A stretch of 32,000 bases of DNA, taken from Candidatus Helarchaeota ASGARD archaeon Hel_GB_B. Its GTDB lineage: Archaea > Asgardarchaeota > Lokiarchaeia > Helarchaeales > HEL-GB-B. A program made the position numbers and the translations under genes. Numbering within the stretch: the stretch's first letter is position 1; each line of letters starts with the position of its first letter. Of the stretch, positions 18,556 through 26,980 are shown in pieces. Location: positions 34,729-66,728 of the forward strand of contig SUPR01000004.1 of the NCBI GenBank assembly GCA_005191425.1, written 5' to 3'. The notes below the pieces were generated by a model. That model ran no database searches. It saw nothing but the letters and a program-made list of their open reading frames with translations, and was not told the origin of the DNA.

Positions 18556-19158
18556 CTATTTTTCCTCTTTTAGTCTTTTAATTTCCTTTTCAAGTTCAGC
18601 TATTCTTGATGGTGTTGATGGTAATGCCATACCTGTTTCTACTGAAATTTCTTGGTCAATTTCTGCCAAAACTTTATTGGTTTCTTGGGGTGAAACTTCT
18701 GTCTTTACGGTAATATTTTGAATTCCATCTTGTGCCATGTCTTGGGCTATATCGAACCCTTCAATTTGAGAATCAATTTGGTCTATAATCTGTGTAACAT
18801 TCTGGATATTAACTGATGAACGTAGTCCATTTAATGCTCTATGGATTCCGCTCAAGATTTTAGCCGTTTCAGCAGTTGCTTGGGTCTGTTTTAATTTCAT
18901 TAATAAACCCATGATATGTAGACGATAAGTATCAACTCCTAATGCCCATTTTTGAAACCTTACCGTATTTTCTGCATATAATTTAGCAGCTGCATCGTTT
19001 CCTTGTTCTCTATATTTTCTTGCCCTTGCTCTATTCTGAAGACTTTCCTTTTCCAATGTTTTCCTTTGATAATCTAATTTCCTACAAAATACATCAATCT
19101 TAAATATCAAATTCTTAAGATTATTTCCTTTTAACCAGTTAATGAATTTTGACGCCAT
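18556..19158 (-). CDS. ESCRT-III protein, Vps2/24/46 (CHMP1/Did2-like) class
   Basis: AAKLYAENTVRF resembles CHMP1 helix 2; C-terminal LPSTPS plus MIM1-like AELEKEIKRLK. Confidence 0.88.
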   Translation of the reverse strand: MASKFINWLKGNNLKNLIFKIDVFCRKLDYQRKTLEKESLQNRARARKYREQGNDAAAKLYAENTVRFQKWALGVDTYRLHIMGLLMKLKQTQATAETAKILSGIHRALNGLRSSVNIQNVTQIIDQIDSQIEGFDIAQDMAQDGIQNITVKTEVSPQETNKVLAEIDQEISVETGMALPSTPSRIAELEKEIKRLKEEK

Positions 19159-19831
19159 TTTTTAAACCAGAATTAATATTTTCACTAACTATTATTAATA
19201 ATTAATCATTAATAAAAAAACCTTTGGTATTATCTACATTATTATTTATATTTTTTATTTAGACCAATAATCGATAAAAAATATTATTACCTATAAATTT
19301 TCTCGAAATTTATTGTGAATTTAGTTCTAATCAATATTTAGTTTTAATCAATATTTCAATAAGAAAAATTTAAAACATTTTTTCCATCCTTTTTTAGAAA
19401 ACATAATAATTAAATAACTATTATAAATATTTAATCTGTTTAAATTAGCAATTTATAGTAATCTTATTGTTTAAATACAATTTTAACCATAAAAATAATA
19501 ATTTTAAAAGAAATATTATTCATAATTTTTCGATAAAAAATAAAATTTGATTAATAATTAATTTAATAGTTGTCTTATTAAAGGTAGATTTGAGCAATTT
19601 ATAAAGGCTTTTATATTTTTTAATTAAATTTGTATTACGGACAAATTATTTATTGATAACGCTTATTTGCAGTATTTATGAATTAGAAAAATACTTTTAA
19701 TTTATAGAGTTAGTAATTTAGTTAATGATAAAACTTGATAAGGTTTATTATTTTAAATTAATTCTATTAAATAGTAGGAATCAAAATAAATCAAACTTAA
19801 TTGATAAATTCAAAATAATTGGTGCCTTTAA

Positions 19832-21016
19832 ATGAGTAAGATATTATTTCAGAAAGCAATGGAAATAGCAAAAAATGCGATTGCTTTAGACGAAGAAGGT
19901 AATTATGATACAGCGATTAAAAGGTATTTAGAATCTGCAGATATATTAATGCGATATATTCAATTATCAACGAATCCCGAAATGAAACGTATTTGTTATG
20001 AACGAGCTCAGGAATATATTAGACGTGCAAGTGAGTTAAGAGAGGCGACTCCTTCTCGGCGTCGAAAGGTATCAAGACCAAGAGGTAAAAGAAAAGATGG
20101 AAAGGCCCCTAAAAGTTCTGAGCCCTTAACTGAAGAAGAAGAAAAATTAAGAGATGCTATTTCTGAAACAATTGTTGTTGAAAAGCCAAATATAAAATTA
20201 TCAGAAGTAGCTAACTTAGAAACTGCAAAACAGGCATTAAGAGAATCTATTATATTACCCATTTTAAGGCCAGATCTTTTTAAAGGTGGAAGACAACCTT
20301 GGAAGGGGATATTATTATATGGCCCGCCCGGATGTGGTAAGACTTATTTGTCCAAAGCAATTGCCACTGAATGCGATGCGACTTTTTTGAATGCTGATGC
20401 CGCATCTTTAGTATCAAAGTGGCTTGGTGAATCTGAGCGTCTGATAAAAGAATTATTCTCATTGGCAAGAGAGGAAGCGCCATCTATTGTTTTTATTGAT
20501 GAGGTTGATAGTATTGCCACTGCACGAGGCGCTAAAGAAATGGGCGGTGAGAGACGAATAAAAACGCAGTTATTAATTGAAATGGACGGGATGAAAGCAA
20601 AAAAAGATGAACGGATAATAATTCTAGGTGCAACAAATAGACCATGGGATCTTGATGCAGCATTTAGAAGAAGATTTGAAAAGAAAATATATATTGGTCT
20701 TCCAGACGTTAAAGCTAGGGAACTAATGTTTAAGTTAAATACTAGAGAAGTTGAAATTGCACCAGACATAGATTTTAGTGAATTTGCAAAATTAACTGAA
20801 GGTTATACCGGGTCTGATATTTCACTCTTATGTCGTGAAGCTGTAATGATGCCTATCAGGGAAATCGATTTAACCCAAGATATTACTCGTATTGACAAAG
20901 TCCGACCAGTATCAAGAGATGATTTTATTGCAGCAATGGAAAAAATCAAACCAGTTGTTTCTCCCGAAGAATTAAAACAATACGATGAATGGACACAAAA
21001 TTATGGAATGGAATGA
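19832..21016 (+). CDS. vps4: Vps4 AAA+ ATPase (MIT + AAA)
   Basis: N-terminal MIT (AIALDEEGNYDTAIKRY), GPPGCGKT, VSKWLGESE pore loop, FIDEVD, ATNRPWDLDAAFRRRFEK, C-terminal YDEWTQNYG. Confidence 0.96.
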   Translation: MSKILFQKAMEIAKNAIALDEEGNYDTAIKRYLESADILMRYIQLSTNPEMKRICYERAQEYIRRASELREATPSRRRKVSRPRGKRKDGKAPKSSEPLTEEEEKLRDAISETIVVEKPNIKLSEVANLETAKQALRESIILPILRPDLFKGGRQPWKGILLYGPPGCGKTYLSKAIATECDATFLNADAASLVSKWLGESERLIKELFSLAREEAPSIVFIDEVDSIATARGAKEMGGERRIKTQLLIEMDGMKAKKDERIIILGATNRPWDLDAAFRRRFEKKIYIGLPDVKARELMFKLNTREVEIAPDIDFSEFAKLTEGYTGSDISLLCREAVMMPIREIDLTQDITRIDKVRPVSRDDFIAAMEKIKPVVSPEELKQYDEWTQNYGME

Positions 21017-21023
21017 ACTTAAT

Positions 21024-21845
21024 ATGGAAGAAGGTATAAAAAAGAAAAAAGAACAAGAAGAGGAAAAAGGTGAAGAAAAATCAGTTGAAGACCTAGAAAA
21101 TGAATTAAAAAAACTACAACAAAAAATAAATGCAAGCACTGGAATTGCTAAGCGAAAATTAGCTAAAAAAATAGAAAATAATTCAAAAATATCTGAACAT
21201 AAGAGTGTTAACCTCAGTACAAATATGATATCTTTGTCTGAAACGGAAATAAAGAAAGAAGATGAACGAGGAACTCAAATTAAAAAATTATGGGAAATTT
21301 ATAAATGGGCTGATAACCATGAAAAATTTCCTTGGATGTATTTTATACCTGACAAAAAGTCTAGCGGAGATAATTGGAAAGAAAACTTCGAAGCATGGAA
21401 AAATGATTGGGTAAAATTCACTATTGATTGGGCACGTGTCTATATATTTCATATTCTTGATATGTATGAAATAGTTAAAGAAAAACCATATATTTTTCTT
21501 AATGAACGAGAAAAAGCAATCAATATTATTTTTAAAAATCTTGTTGATATGAAACGAGGAAAAAATAAATTAGCCCAATGGATTGGTAAAGATAAAAACA
21601 AGATCCGAATATATTGGAGAAGTCTAGATGAATGGGCTAATTTGTTATATGAATGGGCAATTAATGGTGGAGGAGATATTTTTACATTAATCGATTTAAA
21701 AAAAGCAGGTGAAGAGATTCCTGGATTCGATACATTACCAGATGAGGATATAAGAGAAATAATCAATATTCTAGTTAGGCAAAAAAAAGCCAGATGGATT
21801 GACAAACAATTAATTAGAGTAAAAATATTGGTTAAAGGACTTTAA
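21024..21845 (+). CDS. vps25: ESCRT-II Vps25-like protein with charged N-terminal extension
   Basis: FPWMY (PPxY-like), WKNDW, YWRSLDEWANLLYEWA, IFTLIDL, LVRQKKARW winged-helix pattern; likely ATG 21024 (ORF track starts 20985, overlapping vps4). Confidence 0.88.
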   Translation: MEEGIKKKKEQEEEKGEEKSVEDLENELKKLQQKINASTGIAKRKLAKKIENNSKISEHKSVNLSTNMISLSETEIKKEDERGTQIKKLWEIYKWADNHEKFPWMYFIPDKKSSGDNWKENFEAWKNDWVKFTIDWARVYIFHILDMYEIVKEKPYIFLNEREKAINIIFKNLVDMKRGKNKLAQWIGKDKNKIRIYWRSLDEWANLLYEWAINGGGDIFTLIDLKKAGEEIPGFDTLPDEDIREIINILVRQKKARWIDKQLIRVKILVKGL

Positions 21846-21858
21846 TTATTTGTATGAA

Positions 21859-22581
21859 TTAGCCACCAAGACCTGGAAAATAATATCTTTTACCAGTAGC
21901 ATAAGATAAATCAACCTTGGCTATATTATTATCTATTAAAGTTTGCAAAACTCTTTCAATGCGATCTTGGGTCCAATTTGTATTCATTAAGATCTCTTCT
22001 AATGTTATATAACCTTTTTTTGATGCCAAATTTAATATTATACTTTGATCTGGCGTTAATTCTACTGGAATAAATTCTACAATTTTTATTCCAGAATCTA
22101 ATTTTTTAATTCCTGGAATGATGTCTGCATTTTCGAGTATATTTATTGCTTTAATTACATCCAAGGCAGATACCACATCATTTGGTCTCCCTTCATTGAT
22201 CATCAACACTACTTCTGCAAGAGTCATTATTCCACCGGTCTCAAGTATTTTCTTTTTAGCCATATTTAAAATTTGGACACTTAATTGATTATAAAATTGT
22301 CCTTTCCCCGTGATTTTTTCTATCATATTTGGTTTGACTTTAAATTTTTCACTAGGTATTTCTGACATACCTATTTCTAGCCTAATTTTCTTTAATTTTT
22401 CTTGATATTCTGGGTTTTCTACAATTAAATCTCCATATTTATTTTCAAATTCTTCTATTTGTTTTCTTAATTCTTTAACTGAATTCAACATTAATTCCAA
22501 TTCTTTAACCATATATTCAGGTGATTTTTTTTTGATTTTGGCCCTTAATTCAATATCTTTTTCAATCTCCCGTAAACCCAA
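21859..22581 (-). CDS. vps22: ESCRT-II Vps22/36-like (EAP30 domain) protein
   Basis: FYNQLSVQI, GGIMTLAEV, DVIKAINIL, PVELTPDQSIIL, WTQDRIERVL, YYFPGL; TTG start with AGGTGA SD. Confidence 0.92.
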   Translation of the reverse strand: MGLREIEKDIELRAKIKKKSPEYMVKELELMLNSVKELRKQIEEFENKYGDLIVENPEYQEKLKKIRLEIGMSEIPSEKFKVKPNMIEKITGKGQFYNQLSVQILNMAKKKILETGGIMTLAEVVLMINEGRPNDVVSALDVIKAINILENADIIPGIKKLDSGIKIVEFIPVELTPDQSIILNLASKKGYITLEEILMNTNWTQDRIERVLQTLIDNNIAKVDLSYATGKRYYFPGLGG

Positions 22582-22641
22582 TATAGAATCACCTAATTTT
22601 ATTTAATACTACTTTTATCATATTGTAATTTTAATATAGAA

Positions 22642-23601
22642 TTAGAGGTCTTGAAGGCGCCTCTTAAAGTCTTGGGCCCATCTAACCACATCAAATTCCA
22701 ATTCACTATTTTCATCAGAATCCAGTATTTCATTCGGATTTTTTACTGATAATTTTTCTCTCCATTGATTGGCTGCTTTATATACCCAGTAATCCTTTCC
22801 AAAACCTGGAAATTTTTCTATAATTAATAAAATATCATCTAATATAGGCATGATTGAACTAACTTTTGCCATATCTAATTTTGTATAATCTGAAATTGTA
22901 ATAAAATGTGCCACAAGATCCGAACTCATTGTAGCTATCTTAGCTTTAGAAACACTTGCAATTTCAAGCGGTGAAATTTCAACAATTGATTTCTCGGAAA
23001 ACCTTAATTTTTGAGTCGCAAAAGGAAATCGTTCCGCAATTTTTTCTCTCTTTAAGAATTCTTCCATATTATAATCTATTTCTTTTAATTCTAACTGAGC
23101 TTTAAATGCATCTCTCATTAAAGACCGTAATTGCCTTTTATAAGTGGGCGGGTCTAATTTTCCCTCTTCAAAATTCTTAATTACACTGTTCAATGTGGCA
23201 ATACACGAATAAAATTCAGCTTCTATTTTTAGTCGGTCGTCTTCAGTAATCTTTTTTCTAATTTTTATTTTTGATTTATCCAATTTTGAAGTTTTCTGGG
23301 CAGTTTTTCGCGTTTTTTCTATATTTTTTGGCTCTAGATCTATTTTCTTTTGTACTTTATTTATTGAATTATTTTGGCCTTTTTTTTCCTCCTTTACAAA
23401 TTGCTTTTCTTCCAGATTTTTATTATCTACTTCTTTTGTTTTAACTTTATCTTTTATTATTTCTTTTGTAGTTACTGTTTTTCGTGCCAATTCCGATTGT
23501 AATAATGCTAATTCTTCTTCCAACTCTTCTATGGTCTTATCGTCTGCTAATTTATCTTCTTCTATCTTCCTTTTCTCTAATAAACTCATATCAGCAACCA
23601 T
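22642..23601 (-). CDS. vps28: ESCRT-I Vps28-like protein (both N- and C-terminal domains) with charged N-terminal extension
   Basis: AEFYSCIATL...TYKRQLRSL (headpiece helices); LVAHFITISD..KL, IMPILDD, QWREKL, ELEFDV (C-terminal four-helix bundle). Confidence 0.88.
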   Translation of the reverse strand: MVADMSLLEKRKIEEDKLADDKTIEELEEELALLQSELARKTVTTKEIIKDKVKTKEVDNKNLEEKQFVKEEKKGQNNSINKVQKKIDLEPKNIEKTRKTAQKTSKLDKSKIKIRKKITEDDRLKIEAEFYSCIATLNSVIKNFEEGKLDPPTYKRQLRSLMRDAFKAQLELKEIDYNMEEFLKREKIAERFPFATQKLRFSEKSIVEISPLEIASVSKAKIATMSSDLVAHFITISDYTKLDMAKVSSIMPILDDILLIIEKFPGFGKDYWVYKAANQWREKLSVKNPNEILDSDENSELEFDVVRWAQDFKRRLQDL

Positions 23602-23685
23602 TAAATCTATTTATCTCTAAATTAATAATATAATAATCTAAGTTAAAAAATATTTTAAAATTAAAAAAATTTCTTGAAAAAATTT

Positions 23686-24462
23686 TTAACTCGATTTAAG
23701 CTCTTCAAGTTTCTTATTTATCAAATATAGATTTTTTGTATATTTTTTATATAATCTAGAATATTCTCCTGAACCTATCTCTGCATTATCAAATTTTTCC
23801 TCAAGCGTCTGAAGAAGATCTTCTATTGCTATTTTTTCACTTTCCAAATCGATAATTTGTTTTTTAATTGGATCTGAAGGTAATAATATGCTTTCTAAAT
23901 TACTTGTACCCTCATCTGGGACATTATGGACGTCCAGTTGCCCTCTTAAATGTGCAACAACTTCATCTCTTTGAGTTAATCCATCTCTCAGTGAATTAAT
24001 TTCAGATTCAAGTCTCTTCACTTCTCTCTCTAATTTTTCCTCTTTACTTGATGGAATATATGAAACTGGTTCATGTTCTGGTTCTTTTTTTGCTTGAAGA
24101 TTCCTATTTAAAAGGGAGGCTAATTTTGGGGGTACACGTGCATATAACCCTTTTATTGAATTAATTACTTGATAAACATGATAATCTGGTCTCCAATATG
24201 TTAAAATTCGAAGATGAACTTGACCATTCTCATCAACTTTTGGATGTTCTGTTGGGGTTATCATTTTTACTGTAGGTGGCTTTTTAGGAAAAGCGTCAGG
24301 TATTCTTATTTCCAACTCGAAATTTGTATTTTTATATTCACCTCTACCCGGAATACTACCCCTCCAAATTTTTAAATTACCACCTACTGGCTCAAATTCT
24401 TTCGCGCGTTTATATAATAATTCTGCTTCTTTTGCCAATATAAAGTCAAGCTGTTCTGACAT
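23686..24462 (-). CDS. vps23: ESCRT-I Vps23/TSG101-like protein: UEV domain, coiled coil, steadiness box
   Basis: UBC fold lacking the catalytic Cys (HPKV...GQVHL); heptad segment; AIEDLLQTLEEKF..AEIGSGEYSRLY steadiness-box-like. Confidence 0.88.
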   Translation of the reverse strand: MSEQLDFILAKEAELLYKRAKEFEPVGGNLKIWRGSIPGRGEYKNTNFELEIRIPDAFPKKPPTVKMITPTEHPKVDENGQVHLRILTYWRPDYHVYQVINSIKGLYARVPPKLASLLNRNLQAKKEPEHEPVSYIPSSKEEKLEREVKRLESEINSLRDGLTQRDEVVAHLRGQLDVHNVPDEGTSNLESILLPSDPIKKQIIDLESEKIAIEDLLQTLEEKFDNAEIGSGEYSRLYKKYTKNLYLINKKLEELKSS

Positions 24463-25207
24463 GTAATCACATCTTTTTACATTACTATTATACTATATAT
24501 TTTGAATTTTGACTCTAATATTAGTTAGAAATTTTTAACTTATTATCATTACTATTTTTTTAAATTATTAAATCGGACTTTTCCGACCATTATGACCATT
24601 ATATAATTTTTAACTTAAATTTAAATTATTATTCTATTGAAAATATAAAGGAAATTTGTTTCATTTACTTATTTTAAAGATTTTTTTAAAATTACATTAA
24701 TAATATAATTTTATTATTTCTAATAAACATTTTTAGAATTCTAAATTTTAAAAATTCTTATATTCCATTTAAATAAATTTAACTCCACTCTTGCTTGAAA
24801 ATCTTTTTGTAATTTATCAATATTTCATTAATAATTTACACATATATATTTTTTATTGCCAATTTTTTTAGTTAAATATTATTAGAAATAAATTGAGCAT
24901 TCTAACCTTAATAATGTAAAGTTAAACAAACAAAATCCAAAATATTTAAGATATTAATTTTTTAATTTTCTATTTTTTCTTAATAATTTCAATCAACTAA
25001 TTTCAATTTTAAAATTTTGTTTGGTAAATTACTTTAATTAATAAATTAACAATTAAAAATTAGATTTTTCCTATTAAGTTATAATTTTCAAACAGGAAAC
25101 TTTTTCAAATGTTATATTCAAATATTGAAGTCATTGATGTGTGTGGATTAATCGCATTTATATTAAACTAAAATTTTTAAGGACGAAGTCTACTTTATCA
25201 TAAATGG

Positions 25208-25636
25208 TTAATGAGAGGGTGATTTTGGTTTTACTATTTTCTTTAGTACTGAATATATTTTTGCTTCTAAATTATTTTCAAGTGTTATAATGGTCTGATT
25301 TAAATTTTTAATTGAATTTTCTAAAATATCAAATTTTTTTTGATTTTCTTTAATAGATTTTTCAATTTTATCTTGAATTGATGACACTCCCTCTTTTAAA
25401 GCGGAAAATGAAATCGTCTCTTCAGCTAATAATTTTTTTAAACTTTTCAGTTCTCTTTCTACCGATTCCATCATTTTCAAAACCTCATTATTAATGTCTG
25501 ATCTATTTTTTGCCATTTCTTCATTCAAAATATTTAGGCCCTTGACTATTTCTTTAACTGCATCAATTGTAGGAACTGGCCCAACAGGTGTATCTAATGC
25601 GTCAATTTCAATCTCAATTTTTTCATTTTCAGACAA
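25208..25636 (-). CDS. Hypothetical coiled-coil protein
   Basis: 142 aa, TTG start with GGATGAG upstream, N-terminal DTPVGPVPT followed by continuous heptads. Confidence 0.7.
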   Translation of the reverse strand: MSENEKIEIEIDALDTPVGPVPTIDAVKEIVKGLNILNEEMAKNRSDINNEVLKMMESVERELKSLKKLLAEETISFSALKEGVSSIQDKIEKSIKENQKKFDILENSIKNLNQTIITLENNLEAKIYSVLKKIVKPKSPSH

Positions 25637-25812
25637 TTTTTTAACTCATCCTTTAGATAAACTTTTCTACCCGTAATCTTAATTCTATTAATGAATAATT
25701 AATTTATTTTAATATTTAAATTGTTTTTATTAATCAACAAAATTTTTAATCTTTTATTATTTATTCATATTGATTTCTTAATATATTTTATTCAATAACA
25801 AAAAGAATTAAA

Positions 25813-26043
25813 ATGGACGTTCGTTTTATAGACAAAATTAAGATAATTGGAGAGTGGAATTGGGAAAAATTATCACGTTGTATTGTGTGTAATTTGCCTA
25901 TAGAAAATAATGAACCTGCCCTCATGTGTCCATATTGTAGAAATTGGGCACACAAAGACCATCTACTCGAATGGATAAAAATAAAAGGTAGATGCCCTTT
26001 TTGTAAGCGCCGACTAAACCGCAGTGATTTGATTGAAAAATAA
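25813..26043 (+). CDS. Small RING-finger protein (putative E3 ligase, archaeal srfp type)
   Basis: CIVC-x12-CPYC-x4-HKDH-x3-W-x6-CPFC cross-brace pattern; next to ubiquitin and E2. Confidence 0.88.
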   Translation: MDVRFIDKIKIIGEWNWEKLSRCIVCNLPIENNEPALMCPYCRNWAHKDHLLEWIKIKGRCPFCKRRLNRSDLIEK

Positions 26044-26071
26044 TAAATAACTATAAATAATGATTAAAAAG

Positions 26072-26320
26072 TTAATTTTTCGGGGAACCCCCTTCGGTCC
26101 GTGCAATTAAATAAAGTTTATCGTAATCATTTATCCCAACATCTGCTAAGCTCTGGTTTTCATTCCTAATTTCAGTACCTCTAAATGCTAATACAAAAAT
26201 CGATGTAGGAATACGTTTTCTTTGTGAAATTTCTCGCTTTAAATCAACAATTCTCGTATTTGGAGGTACTTGAATTTCCATTACATCTCCACCAATAGCA
26301 CTAACAATCCTAATAATCAT
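26072..26320 (-). CDS. Ubiquitin-like modifier precursor
   Basis: Beta-grasp pattern (IVDLKREI, LAFRG, SLADVGI, LYLIAR), RTEGG followed by an SPKN extension. Confidence 0.93.
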   Translation of the reverse strand: MIIRIVSAIGGDVMEIQVPPNTRIVDLKREISQRKRIPTSIFVLAFRGTEIRNENQSLADVGINDYDKLYLIARTEGGSPKN

Positions 26321-26527
26321 ATTTATACACTTTCTATCTAATTTATTAATAAACCATATTAATTCTTAATTATCTTTTAATAATTACTAATTTTATAGTT
26401 TTGGATATTATTTTTTCTATTTATTAAATTGGTCAAAATTTCATTTAATTTTTAAAAATAGAGTATATTAATTTGGCGTCATTACATTTTAATTAACAAA
26501 ATAATTTTGCATTAAATTCATGTTTCT

Positions 26528-26980
26528 CTATAAATTATCCCATCGAGCATATTTCTCCAAATAATATTTTACTTCTTCTTCATATCTTTTATGATTTGTT
26601 TTCATCTGATTTGCTGCTTCTGAATTTAAAGGAGAATTTGGATTTGGAAAATTTAACAAGTTTCTTAATGCTTCAATTAGCCCTGCAATAGACATAGTCG
26701 GCGTCCAATCTTTTCCCATTGCTCCAACACATACTCTTTTTTTGTATATATTTGGATGCCAAATTGGCGTTAACCACTTTACTCTAGGTGATTCATAAGG
26801 AAATTTGCGAGTAACAGTTATTTGAATCTTAAAAACGCCTCCCTCATACATACCTGTGCCTAAGATAAACCCTTCCCACATTGTTAAATCTCCACCTATT
26901 GGCTTAAAACTGGGTTCCTCTTCCTCTAATATCTTAGCTTCATAAGCTAATCTTGCATAAAAGTCTTCATCGCTTAACAT
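26528..26980 (-). CDS. Ubiquitin-conjugating enzyme E2
   Basis: YEGGVF, FPYESPRV, WHPNI, catalytic Cys84 (RVCVG), WTP, PNPNSPLNSEAA. Confidence 0.96.
   Translation of the reverse strand: MLSDEDFYARLAYEAKILEEEEPSFKPIGGDLTMWEGFILGTGMYEGGVFKIQITVTRKFPYESPRVKWLTPIWHPNIYKKRVCVGAMGKDWTPTMSIAGLIEALRNLLNFPNPNSPLNSEAANQMKTNHKRYEEEVKYYLEKYARWDNL

Noticed and set aside
25087-25100. TTCAAACAGGAAAC as an ORB-like replication-origin box
   Set aside because: It is a single weak match with no G-string, no repeats and no cdc6/orc1 gene nearby.
25208-25636. Assignment as Vps37 or CdvA
   Set aside because: No steadiness-box/Mod(r) pattern or PRC-barrel is visible, so it is kept only as an unassigned coiled coil.
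26078-26100. GC-rich GGGG-AA-CCCC hairpin at the ubiquitin 3' end
   Set aside because: It is fully explained by the Gly-Gly-Ser-Pro codons.
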